From assembly GCA_032718475.1 (NCBI GenBank), contig JAUCBJ010000768.1:1-34116 (forward strand): 34,116 bases of DNA. The letters run 5' to 3'. The stretch is from Nemertoderma westbladi (lineage: Eukaryota; Animalia; Xenacoelomorpha). The position numbers and the translations under genes were made by a program. Positions 21,789-33,318 of this stretch are shown one piece after another; position 1 is the stretch's first letter, and every line of letters begins with the position of its first letter. Below the pieces are notes generated by a model. The model was not told where the DNA came from. It was given only the letters and a program-made list of their open reading frames with translations, and did no database searches.

Positions 21789-21841
21789 AGTACTCTGCGT
21801 TGATACCACTGCTTTAAGCAGTGGTATCAACGCAGAGTACT
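21789..21841. other. Inverted pair of SMART / PacBio ULI amplification adapters (artefact, chimeric junction)
   Basis: agtactctgcgttgataccactgctt-t-aagcagtggtatcaacgcagagtact: AAGCAGTGGTATCAACGCAGAGTAC(T) in both orientations. Confidence 0.98.
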
Positions 21842-22240
21842 AACTTATATTACTGTGCAACTTTTCAACTAGTTGAAAAGCACTGTAGGGTGGGGTTACA
21901 ATTCAAGTGACCGTAAAATACATTTATTGCGATATTTCGGCTATTATTTAATGTTGGCCGAAATATCACAACCTACTTATTTTACAGTCACTTGTCAATA
22001 ATTAATTGGTCTTTACCCATCCGCATCTCAATACGCTTAGAACTCCACGGAACTAAATATTAAAGTAGCATAAAGTTGAAACCCAACGCATGGTCCAATA
22101 ACCAGCATTGGCGTCGGTGCTGGGGATGTTAAGATGACCTAATAGAGACCATAAGTGGGTTGTTCTTATCATTATTACACATTCTTTATAATGACTATAT
22201 TATTTGTTTCCATATAATGTTCCTAAACAATTGCTTGCAG

Positions 22241-22497
22241 GTGAACCACGCATCCAACCGCATAATTATGCACGAAAGATACAACCAGTTCGGTTTGCTA
22301 AACAACGACATCGCTCTAATCAAACTTGACTCGCCTATCCTATTCAACCAGAATGTCAGTCCAGTCTGTCTGCCCCAACAAGATCTGCAGCTGGCGCATC
22401 TGGCCGAATGTTATGGTACCGGATGGGGGGATACAAAGGGGACTGGAGACCAGCAGACCTTAAATCAGGCCCTACTACCTGCATGGACGCAAGAGAA
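22241..22497 (+). CDS. S1 serine protease, internal exon (catalytic Asp)
   Basis: ttgcag acceptor; IIMHERY..NNDIALIKL, VSPVCLP, CYGTGWG, LNQA; gtaagt donor, phase 2. Confidence 0.9.
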
Positions 22498-22586
22498 GTA
22501 AGTAGACTAGAGAAATATAACAATTTTTTCCGCTGATCCTGAGATGTATAATTAGCCAAGTGTAATCAGTGAGCGTGTCAGTGTCA

Positions 22587-22816
22587 GCTTTGCAGGACAT
22601 TGCTTTCGCCATGAGGACCAGCCAGTGCATAATCTTGTGCTTTGGTGGCCTCATGGAGTGATTAACAATGGTGGACAGCCCATTACTTTCTTGAGACGCA
22701 TCTTAAAAGACACTGGCCTTGAAGATGCGGATAATCTAGCAAATATCATATCATGGGTGATAGGATTTGTGGCGGCGCAATCGTCAAGCAATCACAAGCC
22801 GGCACAGCATTCTTAA
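22587..22816 (+). mobile_element. Decayed 3' fragment of the RTE family seen at 29353-31634, inside the protease intron
   Basis: Aligns by eye to ~31369-31589 (gctttgcaggacattgctttcgcc...ccggcacagcattcttaa). Confidence 0.9.
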
Positions 22817-23126
22817 TATATATGTAATGTGATGGACATCAGGTCAGTTGTCCACTACAAAAACGGCGACGTAGAATCCAGGTGTCTGACGATCCGTCCG
22901 ATTTTTTTTATTCATCATCCCGGTAGGTTTCCCGACCCCATATGGCCCCCAGGATTCGATTAGGACTGTAAAATTATATTATATACAGTAATTATATGGC
23001 TGTTGCCTCGCAGCCCAACACAAGAGGATTACCCAGGTTGACTCCGGTGATGACTTGTTTCATATTCACCAATAACATTCTTATCCATATGTTTATCCTT
23101 TGTAATAATAAATTATTTGCTTTTAG

Positions 23127-23388
23127 ATGTGTACAGGATACCTACTGGGGCTCCCATGCCAACTACCCTGGTAAGGTCTGTGCCGGTTTAGATGACGGTA
23201 AATCTGTTTGTTTCGGAGATTCAGGTGGGCCGCTCAACTGTAATGTTAACGGTAAATGGACGGTAATCGGAGCTGCTAGTTACGTATCCAGCCAGGATTG
23301 CTACTCTCCAAACCATCCTAGCGTCTACGCTCGGGTGGCCAACTACAGGAACTGGGTGGATGATAAAATGGATCAGTACGGTCACTAA
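23127..23388 (+). CDS. S1 serine protease, terminal exon (catalytic Ser); elastase/chymotrypsin-like
   Basis: ttttag acceptor with phase matching the previous exon (AA+A=Lys); VCAG, SVCFGDSGGPLNC, GAASYVS, PSVYARV, W; AATAAA overlaps the stop. Confidence 0.92.
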
Positions 23389-23782
23389 TAAACTGTTTGA
23401 GATAAATATATTGTATTTATTAGTGAAGGTTTATCTTGTGGTGAAAAGTTAAAGGAGGAGGGCCTTGCCTCGTGTGGTGGTGGTGTTCTTAGTCTTAGTT
23501 CTATTTTCTTTTACTGTTCTTTGTGACATGTTTTGTTAACTAAGCAGTTATTCCAGTTTTGAGTAACTAAATTACATATTTCGAGAATGGTGATGTGAAT
23601 GGCGGCTTCTGCTGTTGTAGAGCACAGCCTGTACGAAATCGTATGCATAAGTAATGCTCTCCCAGACGCTTCATAAAAGACATAAATGTTTATTATTTTT
23701 CTAGAATGCACAAAACTCCCCACAATTTTGCATATCGTGATTGTTCAGATAAAATAATGTGTAAGATAAGTACACTGGGAAT

Positions 23783-24110
23783 AGTAGTAGTAGAGTCTTG
23801 GCCGGCTCGGCGACAGTTGGATCTAACTCATGACTCGTCGCTTAGGAATGTGACACTTAGGGTGTCATTGGGTGTCATTGGCGCCAGACCGTCTGGGTGA
23901 CACCCACCAATTAGGCTAATTAGACCCTAATTGACGGGTGTCCTCAATTGATTAGTACATTTAATCCCTAATAGGTGTCTTACTACTCCTAATTAGAGTT
24001 TAATTGATTATCACAATTAATCAGACCGATTAACGCCCAACACCCAATGGGTCATGAGTGATGTCCCACTATCGCCTAGAGGCCCAAGAGGGTGTCATAA
24101 GTGACACCTC
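23783..24110. repeat. Hairpin-rich segment starting AGTAGTAGTAG; possible Polinton/Maverick terminus or foldback element
   Basis: Inverted repeat 23796-23836 / 24049-24089 (31/41 matches by hand) plus several GGTGTC/GACACC mini-hairpins. Confidence 0.45.
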
Positions 24111-24295
24111 TGCTCTTTTATTCATTAATACTTATTTATTTGCATTTAATTTTAATTTAATTATTTGTATTTTTTTAATTTCATTATTTGTATTTAATTT
24201 TAAATTAATTAATTATATTACTTTTACTTTATTTAATTGTTTTCTATCTTTAGATTTAGCAATAAATAGTTTATATATTACTTACCAGTGCTAAA

Positions 24296-24651
24296 TGACG
24301 TCATTGTTGGAACCATCTCACCACGGACTTTCATCTCGCTATATTTAGCCCTAGGGGTATAGCTCCCTTACTGGTAACTAATTACTCTTATCTATTTCCA
24401 GCGCCCCACCCCCTCACCCAATAGACTCTACTAATCCTATACTAATTAGCATAGGGTCCTCTATTGTATTGAACCTATTTCTATTATACCCCAAGGCTAA
24501 TGAACCAGCGGCCCTCCTTTGTCTTCGTTTTAAATGGCGTCACTCTGGCTGTCATTGAATAACATTGGGCAAACTATAACTTGCCTCTTATGACGTCATC
24601 AAAGCTGCTCTCTGATTGGCTGTCTATCTCCCTCCCGCGCCCTGATTGGCT
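24296..24651. promoter_or_regulatory. Pol II promoter-like motif cluster
   Basis: TGACGTCA at 24296 and 24591; AAATGGCG (YY1-like) at 24532; CTGATTGGCT (reverse CCAAT box) at 24612 and 24642, 30 bp apart. Confidence 0.5.
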
Positions 24652-24749
24652 AATCCCTTTCTAGCCCCCTCCATAATTCACCGCATTCCCATCCATTCTC
24701 TATTTTAGTGTTTAAAAGTATTTATTTAATTATTTCTTTCTTTCCTAAA

Positions 24750-25085
24750 ATGAGTTACCGGTACACATTCACAATGGCACATTCAGAAATCAGCTATTCA
24801 AACAACGAATTGGTTTGCAGCGAGAATGAGTTTACGCTACTAGACAACTCATTTGGGTTCTATTTCGATCCGGTGAACAAACTCTTTCCGTTAACGATAA
24901 ATACAACCTTAAACCAACCCATCCTGATTACAGCAAACTATGCGCACTTTATTTTCCGCGCCTGCTACGAACTCATCTGGATCTCCTCGACTCCAACTGA
25001 GGAAGAGGATACTCGTTTCTTTAAACTTTTCGCCAAGGATGTTCTCGCTTTCGGTGAGAAATTGAATGAGCTCACCTCCCAGTAA
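24750..25085 (+). CDS. Hypothetical 111-aa intronless protein
   Basis: aaaATGa start about 100 bp after the CCAAT pair; globular-looking composition; no recognised domain. Confidence 0.35.
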   Translation: MSYRYTFTMAHSEISYSNNELVCSENEFTLLDNSFGFYFDPVNKLFPLTINTTLNQPILITANYAHFIFRACYELIWISSTPTEEEDTRFFKLFAKDVLAFGEKLNELTSQ

Positions 25086-25499
25086 AAAAACCCTATGCGT
25101 AACGCATTCATGCCACGTGCAGCATTCGTAAAAGGTGTGTGGAATGTTATTTAAGATTCGTGAAACCTTCGTCAATGGTTCGTCAGTCCGAATAATAAAA
25201 TAGTAATCTTCCATTAAGTTTAACTGGTCATATCTACTACTGTAGAAGAGTTGTTGCTATGGCAATTTCCTTCGTTGTTATGTTTAAGACCCTCTAAAAA
25301 GCGATCCCAACTGTTTGGTGAAGTCTAACCAATTTTTTTTAAATGTCCCATATATTTACTAAACATATATTTTGTAAGCGGATTCAATTCCCTTCATTCT
25401 CCACCCAAACTGGGACCAGTGGCATTTTACCAATATAATTGACGATGCGAGATTACCAATAATTAATCTCGCCTCAAAACCAACTCGGGGGGGGGGGGC

Positions 25500-27239
25500 G
25501 ACACACGCCCTAAGCCACAGAGAGAGGTGAGAGGTCAAACCACCTCAGAGGGAAAACCCAGCTAGTTCGGGGAGTAACACCTACAGGGAGTGCCGAAGTG
25601 ACAATTAGTATATAAGCCAATAGCGGGCAGGGAAGCACATGGGGAAGGACAGCAGGGCATGCATTGGGTATCAAAGGCCACAGTAGTGTAGAGGTGAAAC
25701 AAATATGTATCAATCATATATTTACACTGATTACTGATTTACCGGTCAGTTCATTATTGGCATAGTTTTGACTGTCATTTTATAGTCTTTGTAACTTATA
25801 GTCTTATACTACTATACCGCTGCTGTTGCCATTTGTGTTACAATCTATATTATTTCATATTCAACTGTGCTGTTAATACTGGAATCATTAACACTGAGAA
25901 ACACAAACTCTGTTATTTTCCCAACGGCCTTCGGCCAAAGTTACCAGCCCAGCAGTCCAGCAGCTAAGTGACGCGTACAGTCTTACCCGGTCGGGATGAT
26001 AGAACTCAATCCCTTCACAGTCAAAACTACCGACAATTAAACTGTGATCACAACCAACAGAGGCCCTAAGATGAGCGAACAGATGCTCCGAGAATCGGAG
26101 GGAGAAAGAACGCCGCCGCGGACCCGGACGATACCAACCAAACGATCCGAGAGGCTGCGACGAGACGATACCGGCCCGCCACCCCGGATTCACCAACGAC
26201 GATCCGAATACCCAAGCAGAGGGCGGCCGACGACAACGAGGAGGGAAAGTCAATGATGAGTAAACGCGAGATGACGAAGGCGGTCGGAGTACCGAGGTCG
26301 CCGGCCAGCCACAGGCCGAGGGCGACGGACGGCCCACCGGAACGGCGACGGTGGGGCCGCCGTTACGACTCCGGATGAGGAGGGAAGGTAGAGTCAACGA
26401 GGAGGACGTCGGGACGAGTGATCGCCTGCGATGGGCATACAACGCCACAAAGAAGCTACTAAAGGATGCTAATGAGGGGAGAAAGGTAGACCAGCCTAAA
26501 CTATACCAGAGGCTAGGTGAGTCTAACAAACATTTTTGTTACTTAGTCCGTTTCAGACAGGGAGAACTGGCGAGTGAGAGAGCGAGGGGTGTCGCCACAG
26601 AACTGTTTGAATTGTGGCGGTCCAAGGTAATGGAACCAGACGTAGTGTAAATAAGGCCTTACTTAGTGGATGTCAGGGGAATTAAGTTAGTAGGATGGGT
26701 GGACCCGCACGACGGCAAATCCGAGGTTAACCCCGAGGATTTGGTGTCGTTGGTTAGTAGGAACCCCAGTAAATGGGGGAAAATTAGTAGGACAGAGAGG
26801 CAATGGGAGTCCGTCGCGACCTGATAAGTCCGCTACATCCTCCGTGAAAGCAAGACGGGTGTTAGAGATAGATCTGGCGTGTCAACTAGACATTGTTGCG
26901 CTGGATCAAAAGGAACTGGAAAGGCAGTTAGATGAGGGAACTGCGTTGTTAGAGAGGGAGAGAGAATTAGTGAGAGAGTGTAAAGAGAGGGCTGAGAGGG
27001 TGGCGAGAAACTATAGGAAGCGGGAGGAGAGAGAGATGAGTGAGCATAAAGAGCGCGAAGAGCGGGAGGCGAGAGTGGAAAACGAGCACAAGGTGCGGGA
27101 GGCTGAGAGAATTGAAAGAGAAGTGAATGAGCGTAAAGAGCGAGAAGCGAGAGAGGTAGCGAGGGTAGAGAGGGAAACGAATGAGCGTAGAGAGCAGGAG
27201 GCGAGGGAGGCAGAATTGGCCAACCAGAGTATGAGGGAG

Positions 27240-27245
<6 letters not shown>
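25500..27245 (+). mobile_element. Decayed 5' part of a BEL/Pao LTR retrotransposon (LTR-like segment to ~26019, broken gag)
   Basis: TATATAA near 25608; ...cttcACA|GTCAAAAC junction; broken frames give EVNPEDLVSLVSR, KSATSSVKARRVLEIDLA and an E/R coiled coil reminiscent of BEL gag N-termini; left boundary uncertain. Confidence 0.55.

Positions 27246-27316
<71 letters not shown>
27246..27316 (+). repeat. (GA)n microsatellite
   Basis: About 35 perfect GA units. Confidence 0.99.
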
Positions 27317-27319
<3 letters not shown>

Positions 27320-27327
27320 TATCCAAC

Positions 27328-27600
27328 TGGCAGTTGTGCTAACATTTGGCTATCAAAAATGGCAGTTGTGGTGACAAAAAAATAGTGGTAACAAGTTGAG
27401 CTGACATTTGATCAGGGACATGTGTCTGACGTTTTGATCGGGTCCCCATGTACTCTTTGTAATGTTAGCACAAGTGCCACTTTGCAATACCTGAAATGTG
27501 AGGGAAAAAAATCGTGTATCCCTTTAGCGTCCTCTTCTTGAACATTCAAAAATCATTGACTAGAGTTCTGCTAACATGTAATAGTTGTGCTAACATCAAA
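27328..27600. repeat. Cluster of agttgtgctaacat motifs incl. an inverted pair; DNA-transposon/MITE-like remnant
   Basis: tggcagttgtgctaacatt (27328-27346) vs aatgttagcacaagtgcca (27461-27479), 18/19 complementary; further direct copies near 27565-27597. Confidence 0.5.
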
Positions 27601-28304
27601 CAAATGACACCATCAATATTGATTAAAATTATCTCATGGAATTTATAACACCAGTTGTAGGAACATTTCTCCTCTGCAGTTAGGCAGCGAATTCGTGCTG
27701 TCTATAAAATATTCTAGAACATTTAATTATTTACATGGAGTGAACGGCGATGCCATTGTTAGAGAAGGCAATATATCGAGCTTGAAGGCGAATATATGTC
27801 TGCTGGCCAGACAGTAGTGTAGCTAATGCAATGGATGGGGCAGCCGACTACGGCGATATTGATTTGTGATGTAAATAGGAAGGCCCCTTGCCCCACAAAT
27901 TCGGGTTCATAATAATTCGGGGTAATGTAAATTTATCTGTGAATATGAAACACTACTGGAGGCAATATTAAGGGTACTCTTTCACTTGCTTCCTTCTCTT
28001 GTTTTTACGTACAAGGCAAGGGGGACTGGACTCCACACTAACTCCCACGGATGAACACAGTGGATGATCTTATATACATATTATATATTGTGCTGTGCGA
28101 GGGCCGTATTTCGATTTTGAATCAATTTTTTGCATTACAAACAAGATTTATTAATCCTTAATAAAACCAAATAATTTGATGACCATATAGGTTTTATGGG
28201 ATGCTGATCACGAACATGACACTCAAAAATATCGTTATTATCCAACCAAAATTTCGAAAAAATCTAATTTTGGCGTTTAAAATTTTACGCTAACTTGTAT
28301 TTTT

Positions 28305-28640
28305 CGTCCCACCAGACAAGCACCAAAAATGATTGTTGCGTTACCACAAATTATTTTTAACGAGTTGTATCGTGATCAGCGACCTTGAAAATCGGTACAG
28401 CTTCAGAATTACCAAACCCAAGGCAAAATTTAACAGTTTATAATTTTGTGCTATTTGTACTTTTCGTTCTGGGGCACCAGAATGGCACGAAAAATGGGTT
28501 TGCTTTATCAGAAATATTTGTAACTAGTTTTATCGTGATCAGCGACATCGAAAACCCGTATACCTTCAGAATTATCAAACCAAACACACCATTTTTTAGT
28601 TTGACATTTTTTTACTTATAATATTTTGAGTTTGCAGCTA
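28305..28640 (+). repeat. Dispersed ~340-bp repeat, copy 1
   Basis: Matches 32980-33318 (cgtcccaccagacaagca...gagtttgcagcta); internal repeats of tcgtgatcagcgac. Confidence 0.85.
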
Positions 28641-29122
28641 TTAGTATATAAAGTAGTAGTGTAAGTATATAATCTTTTAACGCTTTTTTATATTTTATTT
28701 TATGCTTTTGCATATATCAAGCAATGAGGCGAATGTATGTACGGGAAATACAGCACATATAATGCGATGAATGGAAAAACGGCATGCGGTGATATGAGTC
28801 GTGTTGTTAATATGACCCTCCACCCACACACTTATCAGGAGTTCGCCGAATATATAAGAAATATTTAATTACAATTTTAACTAATTATATATTCTCGATT
28901 ACTGAAAAACAAGTTAAGTGTTTCAAAACAGAAAGACAAGGGTTGCACTATATGAATGGAAATATCCGGGCCCAGTTGTACTAGACTCTCAACATCTAAT
29001 TGTTACAGTGTTGTAGTTAGTAATATATTATTGTTATTACTGTGCCATTATACTCAAAAATAATCTGACAGGCAACTATTTTACCAAAAATAAACGCCCT
29101 TGTGATCCAATTAATATGAAAC

Positions 29123-29352
29123 ACGATTTTCCAATGGACTATATAACGGCACTTAACTCATTATATAACGACTTTTCTACTGGCTATATAACGATATTCC
29201 AACGGGCTATATAACGGCACTTAACTCATTATATAACGACTTTCCTACTGGCTATATAACGATATTCCAACGGACTATATAACGGCACTTAACTCATTAT
29301 ATAACGACTTTCCTACTGGCTATATAACGATATTCCAACGGGCTATATATAA
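29123..29352 (+). repeat. 68-bp satellite, left part (~3 units)
   Basis: tatataacggcacttaactcattatataacgactttcctactggctatataacgatattccaacggac. Confidence 0.95.
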
Positions 29353-31634
29353 ACCCTCGACCCTTCTCCAGTGATCACCGCCTTATTGTGGCCAAGGTAA
29401 GACTTAGTCTGCGTGCTAGCAGAACAACGAAATCTGCCTTGCCACGGCATGACTGGTCCTCTCTGTTGCAACAGCCAAGTGTGAGATCCAGCTTCACACT
29501 ACAGCTGAGCAACAGGTATGAGGCTCTTGCCTCTGAGGCGGCAGATCACTGTGAGGGCTATACTGCCTTTACAGAAGCAGTTAAGTTAGCAGCTGCAGAA
29601 ACAGTTCCTGTATACCCTCGAAACAGGAAAAGGGCCCCCTGGACTGACAACAAAATTCAGAAGTGCCGAAATGACCTTCATAAGGCGCAGAAAGAGTCCC
29701 GACTCAAACAGACTACAGCGGCCAAGAATGCAGTTAAAGCTGCATCTAGGTCCCTGAACAGGCAGTACTCTGCTAATCTACAGGAGTTAATAAACCAACA
29801 GGTTGATGCCATCAATGATGCTGACGACAGCAGGCAATCATCCCAGGCATGGAAATCGATCAATCTGCTTACTGGGCGGAAAAGCCAACCAACCACCAAG
29901 GTTAAGGCTGAATCACCAGCCGATCGCCTCAATGGTTGGAAAGCCCACTTTGAAAAGCTCCTCAATAATGACAGGGTATTGCCTGATAACTTTATAGAAG
30001 TAAAAGTGTCTGAGTCTGTACTCCCAGATATTCCCATTGGCGATATCTCCTTTGCAGAAGTGAAGGCTGCTGCAAAGAGCATTAAGACCAATCGTGCCAG
30101 TGGAGTAGATGGTGTTCCCCCTGAGGTCTTTAAAATACCTGAGTGTTTAAAGCTCATCTATCCCATCATAGTAGACATGTACCGTACAACAAGAGTCCCA
30201 CAAGAAATGAAAACAAATAAGTTGGTGCCAGTTCCCAAGAAGGGCAACCTAACACTCTATGGTTCTTTTCGGGGAATCTCATTGATCTCGATTGCTGCAA
30301 AACTATACAATAGAATTCTATTAAATCGCATCAGGGATCCCATTGAGAGACTGCTACGTGGAAATCAGAATGGGTTCCGTAAAGGTCGTGGGACCATGGA
30401 GCCCATTTTGGCACTTAGAAGGATAATTGAAGAGTTATCAAAAAAGAAAGACAGGCATCTGGCTGTTATCTTTGTTGACTTCTTCAAGGCCTTTGATTCA
30501 GTCTCTCGCTCACGTATGTTCAGCATACTTTCATTATATGGGATTCCTGATGAAATTATTGCAGCAATCAGATCAGTATACGATGGTTCGACAACATTTG
30601 TGTCTACTGTTGACGGTGACACAGAACCATTTGAAGTGTTATGGGGCGTCCTCCAAGGAGACACACTTGCACCATTCTTGTTCATTATTGTGGTTGACTA
30701 TGTTCTACGCATGTCCTTAGATCATCATAATGATGATGGGGTGATGATAACTCCACCTACTGGCTCCAGAAGTCGAGGAAATCCTGCCAAGTACCTAACT
30801 GATCTAGACTTTGCTGATGACTTAGGAGTACTCTCAGAATCATTAGAGGGAGCCCAGCGGCTCCTCAGCTCATTAGAACATGCTGCTTCTAGTGTTGGTC
30901 TTTTTATTAACTCCAGAAAGACCAAAATTCTGACAGTTAACTTTGAAAGTCCTCAGCAAGTCTCTGATCGGATGAGCATAAGCTCAAAGGATGGTATGCT
31001 TGAGCATGTGGACGACTTCTGTTACCTGGGATCATGGATCCGGAAGTCAGGTGAGGACCTTCGAATACGTAAGGGAAAGGCATGGGCAGCCTTGAATAGG
31101 CTTTCCAGGATTTGGAAGTCACCTAGAATTAATCGGAAACTTAAGGTCCGATTATTTAGAGCAGCAGTAGTTCCAGTACTCCTCTACGGGAGTCCATGCT
31201 GGGCTCTAACTGCTGAGGACACCAAATCTCTGGATGGCACATTCACAAGAATGCTACGCCGGGTACATTGTGTCAAGTACAATGCACACATCTCCAACCA
31301 GACACTATATAACATTGGAGGTGTCTCATTGGTTCCCCCAAGCTTGACACTAGAACAAAATCGCCTCCGCTTTGCAGGACATTGCTTTCGCCGTGAGGAC
31401 CAGCCAGTGCATAATCTTGTACTTTGGCAGCCTCATGGAGTGAATAAGCATGGAGGACAACCCATGACTTTCTTGAGACGCATCTTAAAGGACACTGGCC
31501 TTAAAGATGCGGATGATCTAGCAAATGTCATGGGTGATAGGGAGTTGTGGCGGTGCAATTTTGTTGACAAGCCGGCACAGCATTCTTAAAAATGCAGCTG
31601 CAATGCAGCATGCCGATCCTAGTAGTAGTAGTAG
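29353..31634 (+). mobile_element. 5'-truncated RTE-clade LINE inserted in the 68-bp satellite
   Basis: Starts at the APE C-terminal SDH motif; very short 3' UTR; (TAG)n tail; tatataa TSD at 29346-29352 / 31635-31641. Confidence 0.92.
29355..31589 (+). pseudogene. RTE ORF (end of APE + complete RT), uninterrupted but 5'-truncated
   Basis: SSDHRLIVAKVRLSL, PKKGNL..FRGISL, NQNGFRKGR, FVDFFKAFDS, GVLQGDTLAPFLF, TDLDFADD, DFCYLGS, LRFAGHC. Confidence 0.92.
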
Positions 31635-32407
31635 TATATAACGGCACTTAACTCATTATATAACGACTTTCCTACTGGCTATATAACGATATTCCAACGG
31701 GCTATATAACGGCACTTAACTCATTATATAACGACTTTCCTACTGGCTATATAACGATATTCCAACGGACTATATAACGGCACTTAACTCATAATATAAC
31801 GACTTTCCTACTGGCTATATAACGATATTCCAACGGACTATATAACGGCACTTAACTCATAATATAACGACTTTCCTACTGGCTATATAACGATATTCCA
31901 ACGGACTATATAACGGCACTTAACTCATTATATAACGACTTTCCTACTGGCTATATAACGATATTCCAACGGACTATATAACGGCACTTAACTCATAATA
32001 TAACGACTTTCCTACTGGCTATATAACGATATTCCAACGGACTATATAACGGCACTTAACTCATTATATAACGACTTTCCTACTGGCTATATAACGATAT
32101 TCCAACGGACTATATAACGGCACTTAACTCATTATAAAACGACTTTCCTACTGGCTATATAACGATATTCCAACGGACTATATAACGGCACTTAACTCAT
32201 AATATAACGACTTTCCTACTGGCTATATAACGATATTCCAACGGACTATATAACGGCACTTAACTCATTATATAACGACTTTCCTACTGGCTATATAACG
32301 ATATTCCAACGGACTATATAACGGCACTTAACTCATTATATAACGACTTTCCTACTGGCTATATAACGATATTCCAACGGACTATAACGGCACTTAACTC
32401 ATTATAT
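31635..32407 (+). repeat. 68-bp satellite, right part (~11 units)
   Basis: Near-perfect 68-bp period. Confidence 0.97.
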
Positions 32408-32424
32408 CATTACATTGCATTACG

Positions 32425-32530
32425 TTGCTCATTGTTGCTCGTTCTTGTACTTTATTATTGCTTGTTATTGCTCATTGCTGCTCATTGTTGCTCATTGTTG
32501 CTCGCTGTTGGTCATTGTTGCTCGTTGTGC
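32425..32530 (+). repeat. Degenerate ~10-bp tandem repeat (ttgctcattg)
   Basis: Visible periodicity. Confidence 0.75.
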
Positions 32531-32979
32531 ATTTTAGCACCTACCAACTATGGGAACAGCTACGGAAATAATTACGCGTGATATTTATAATTTACCTGGA
32601 GGTATCACTCCCCCGCTGCTGCTACCACCTCAAATACAATAAATAGTAATTCTATAAATTAAATAGAAGAGCACGAACTTTTGTTCTCTTAATCAGCCTA
32701 ATATTTAGCCTTATTCGTATTTCAGATTTGCCAGGAATGGCTATGGCTAATTAATTAGCTGCGAAGGATAAATAGAACTTCGCAATGTGAGAAAGTCAAT
32801 TTCAGAATTTTCAGTCAGAAAGGCATAACCTGTCATCTGATAACCATCATCTGATAAAACATCACTTAATTCAATATCAATATCGGAAAATGTTTTTCCC
32901 TTATGGACTCCTATTTTACCTTTACCAATAGCGATTAATACTTTCGATACCTGGGATATTTCTAGTATCCGTATTTATC

Positions 32980-33318
32980 CGTCCCACCAGACAAGCAGCA
33001 AAAATGATAGTTGCGTTAGCACGAATGATTTTTTACGAGTTATATCGTAGTAATCAGCGACTTTGAAAACCAGTATAGATATTTATAACCAAAGTCAAAA
33101 TTTAACACTTTATAATTTTGTGCTACTTGTAGTTTTCGTTTTGGTGCACTTGAATGGCACCAAAATGGGATTTGCACATGCACATACCAGAAATATTTAT
33201 AACTAGTGTCATCCTGTTCAGCGACATCGAAAACCCGTATACCTTCAGAATTATCAAACCAAACACAACATTTTTCAGTTTGACATTATTTACTTATAAT
33301 ATTTTGAGTTTGCAGCTA
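32980..33318 (+). repeat. Dispersed ~340-bp repeat, copy 2, followed by (TA)n
   Basis: Diverged match to 28305-28640. Confidence 0.85.

Noticed and set aside
21789-21841. Perfect hairpin as a biological terminator, miRNA or telomere-resolution site
   Set aside because: Exact match to a synthetic library adapter
5228-21843. Many Cys/Arg/Gly-rich or WETEWEV-repeat plus-strand ORFs
   Set aside because: Alternative translations of the 42-bp satellite
19835-23388. Pro/Thr repeat as the mucin-like linker of the neighbouring protease
   Set aside because: Opposite strands, and separated by the adapter chimera
24058-24294. 78-aa Phe/Ile/Asn-rich ORF
   Set aside because: Translation of a low-complexity AT-rich tract
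25888-27345. Minus-strand ORFs over the BEL-like region, and antisense ORFs over the LINE/Gypsy genes elsewhere
   Set aside because: Shadow frames of coding or GA-rich sequence with no motifs
29123-32407. CRISPR-like array next to a reverse transcriptase
   Set aside because: The 'spacers' repeat identically every 68 bp, there are no cas genes, and the RT is a eukaryotic RTE LINE with tail and TSD
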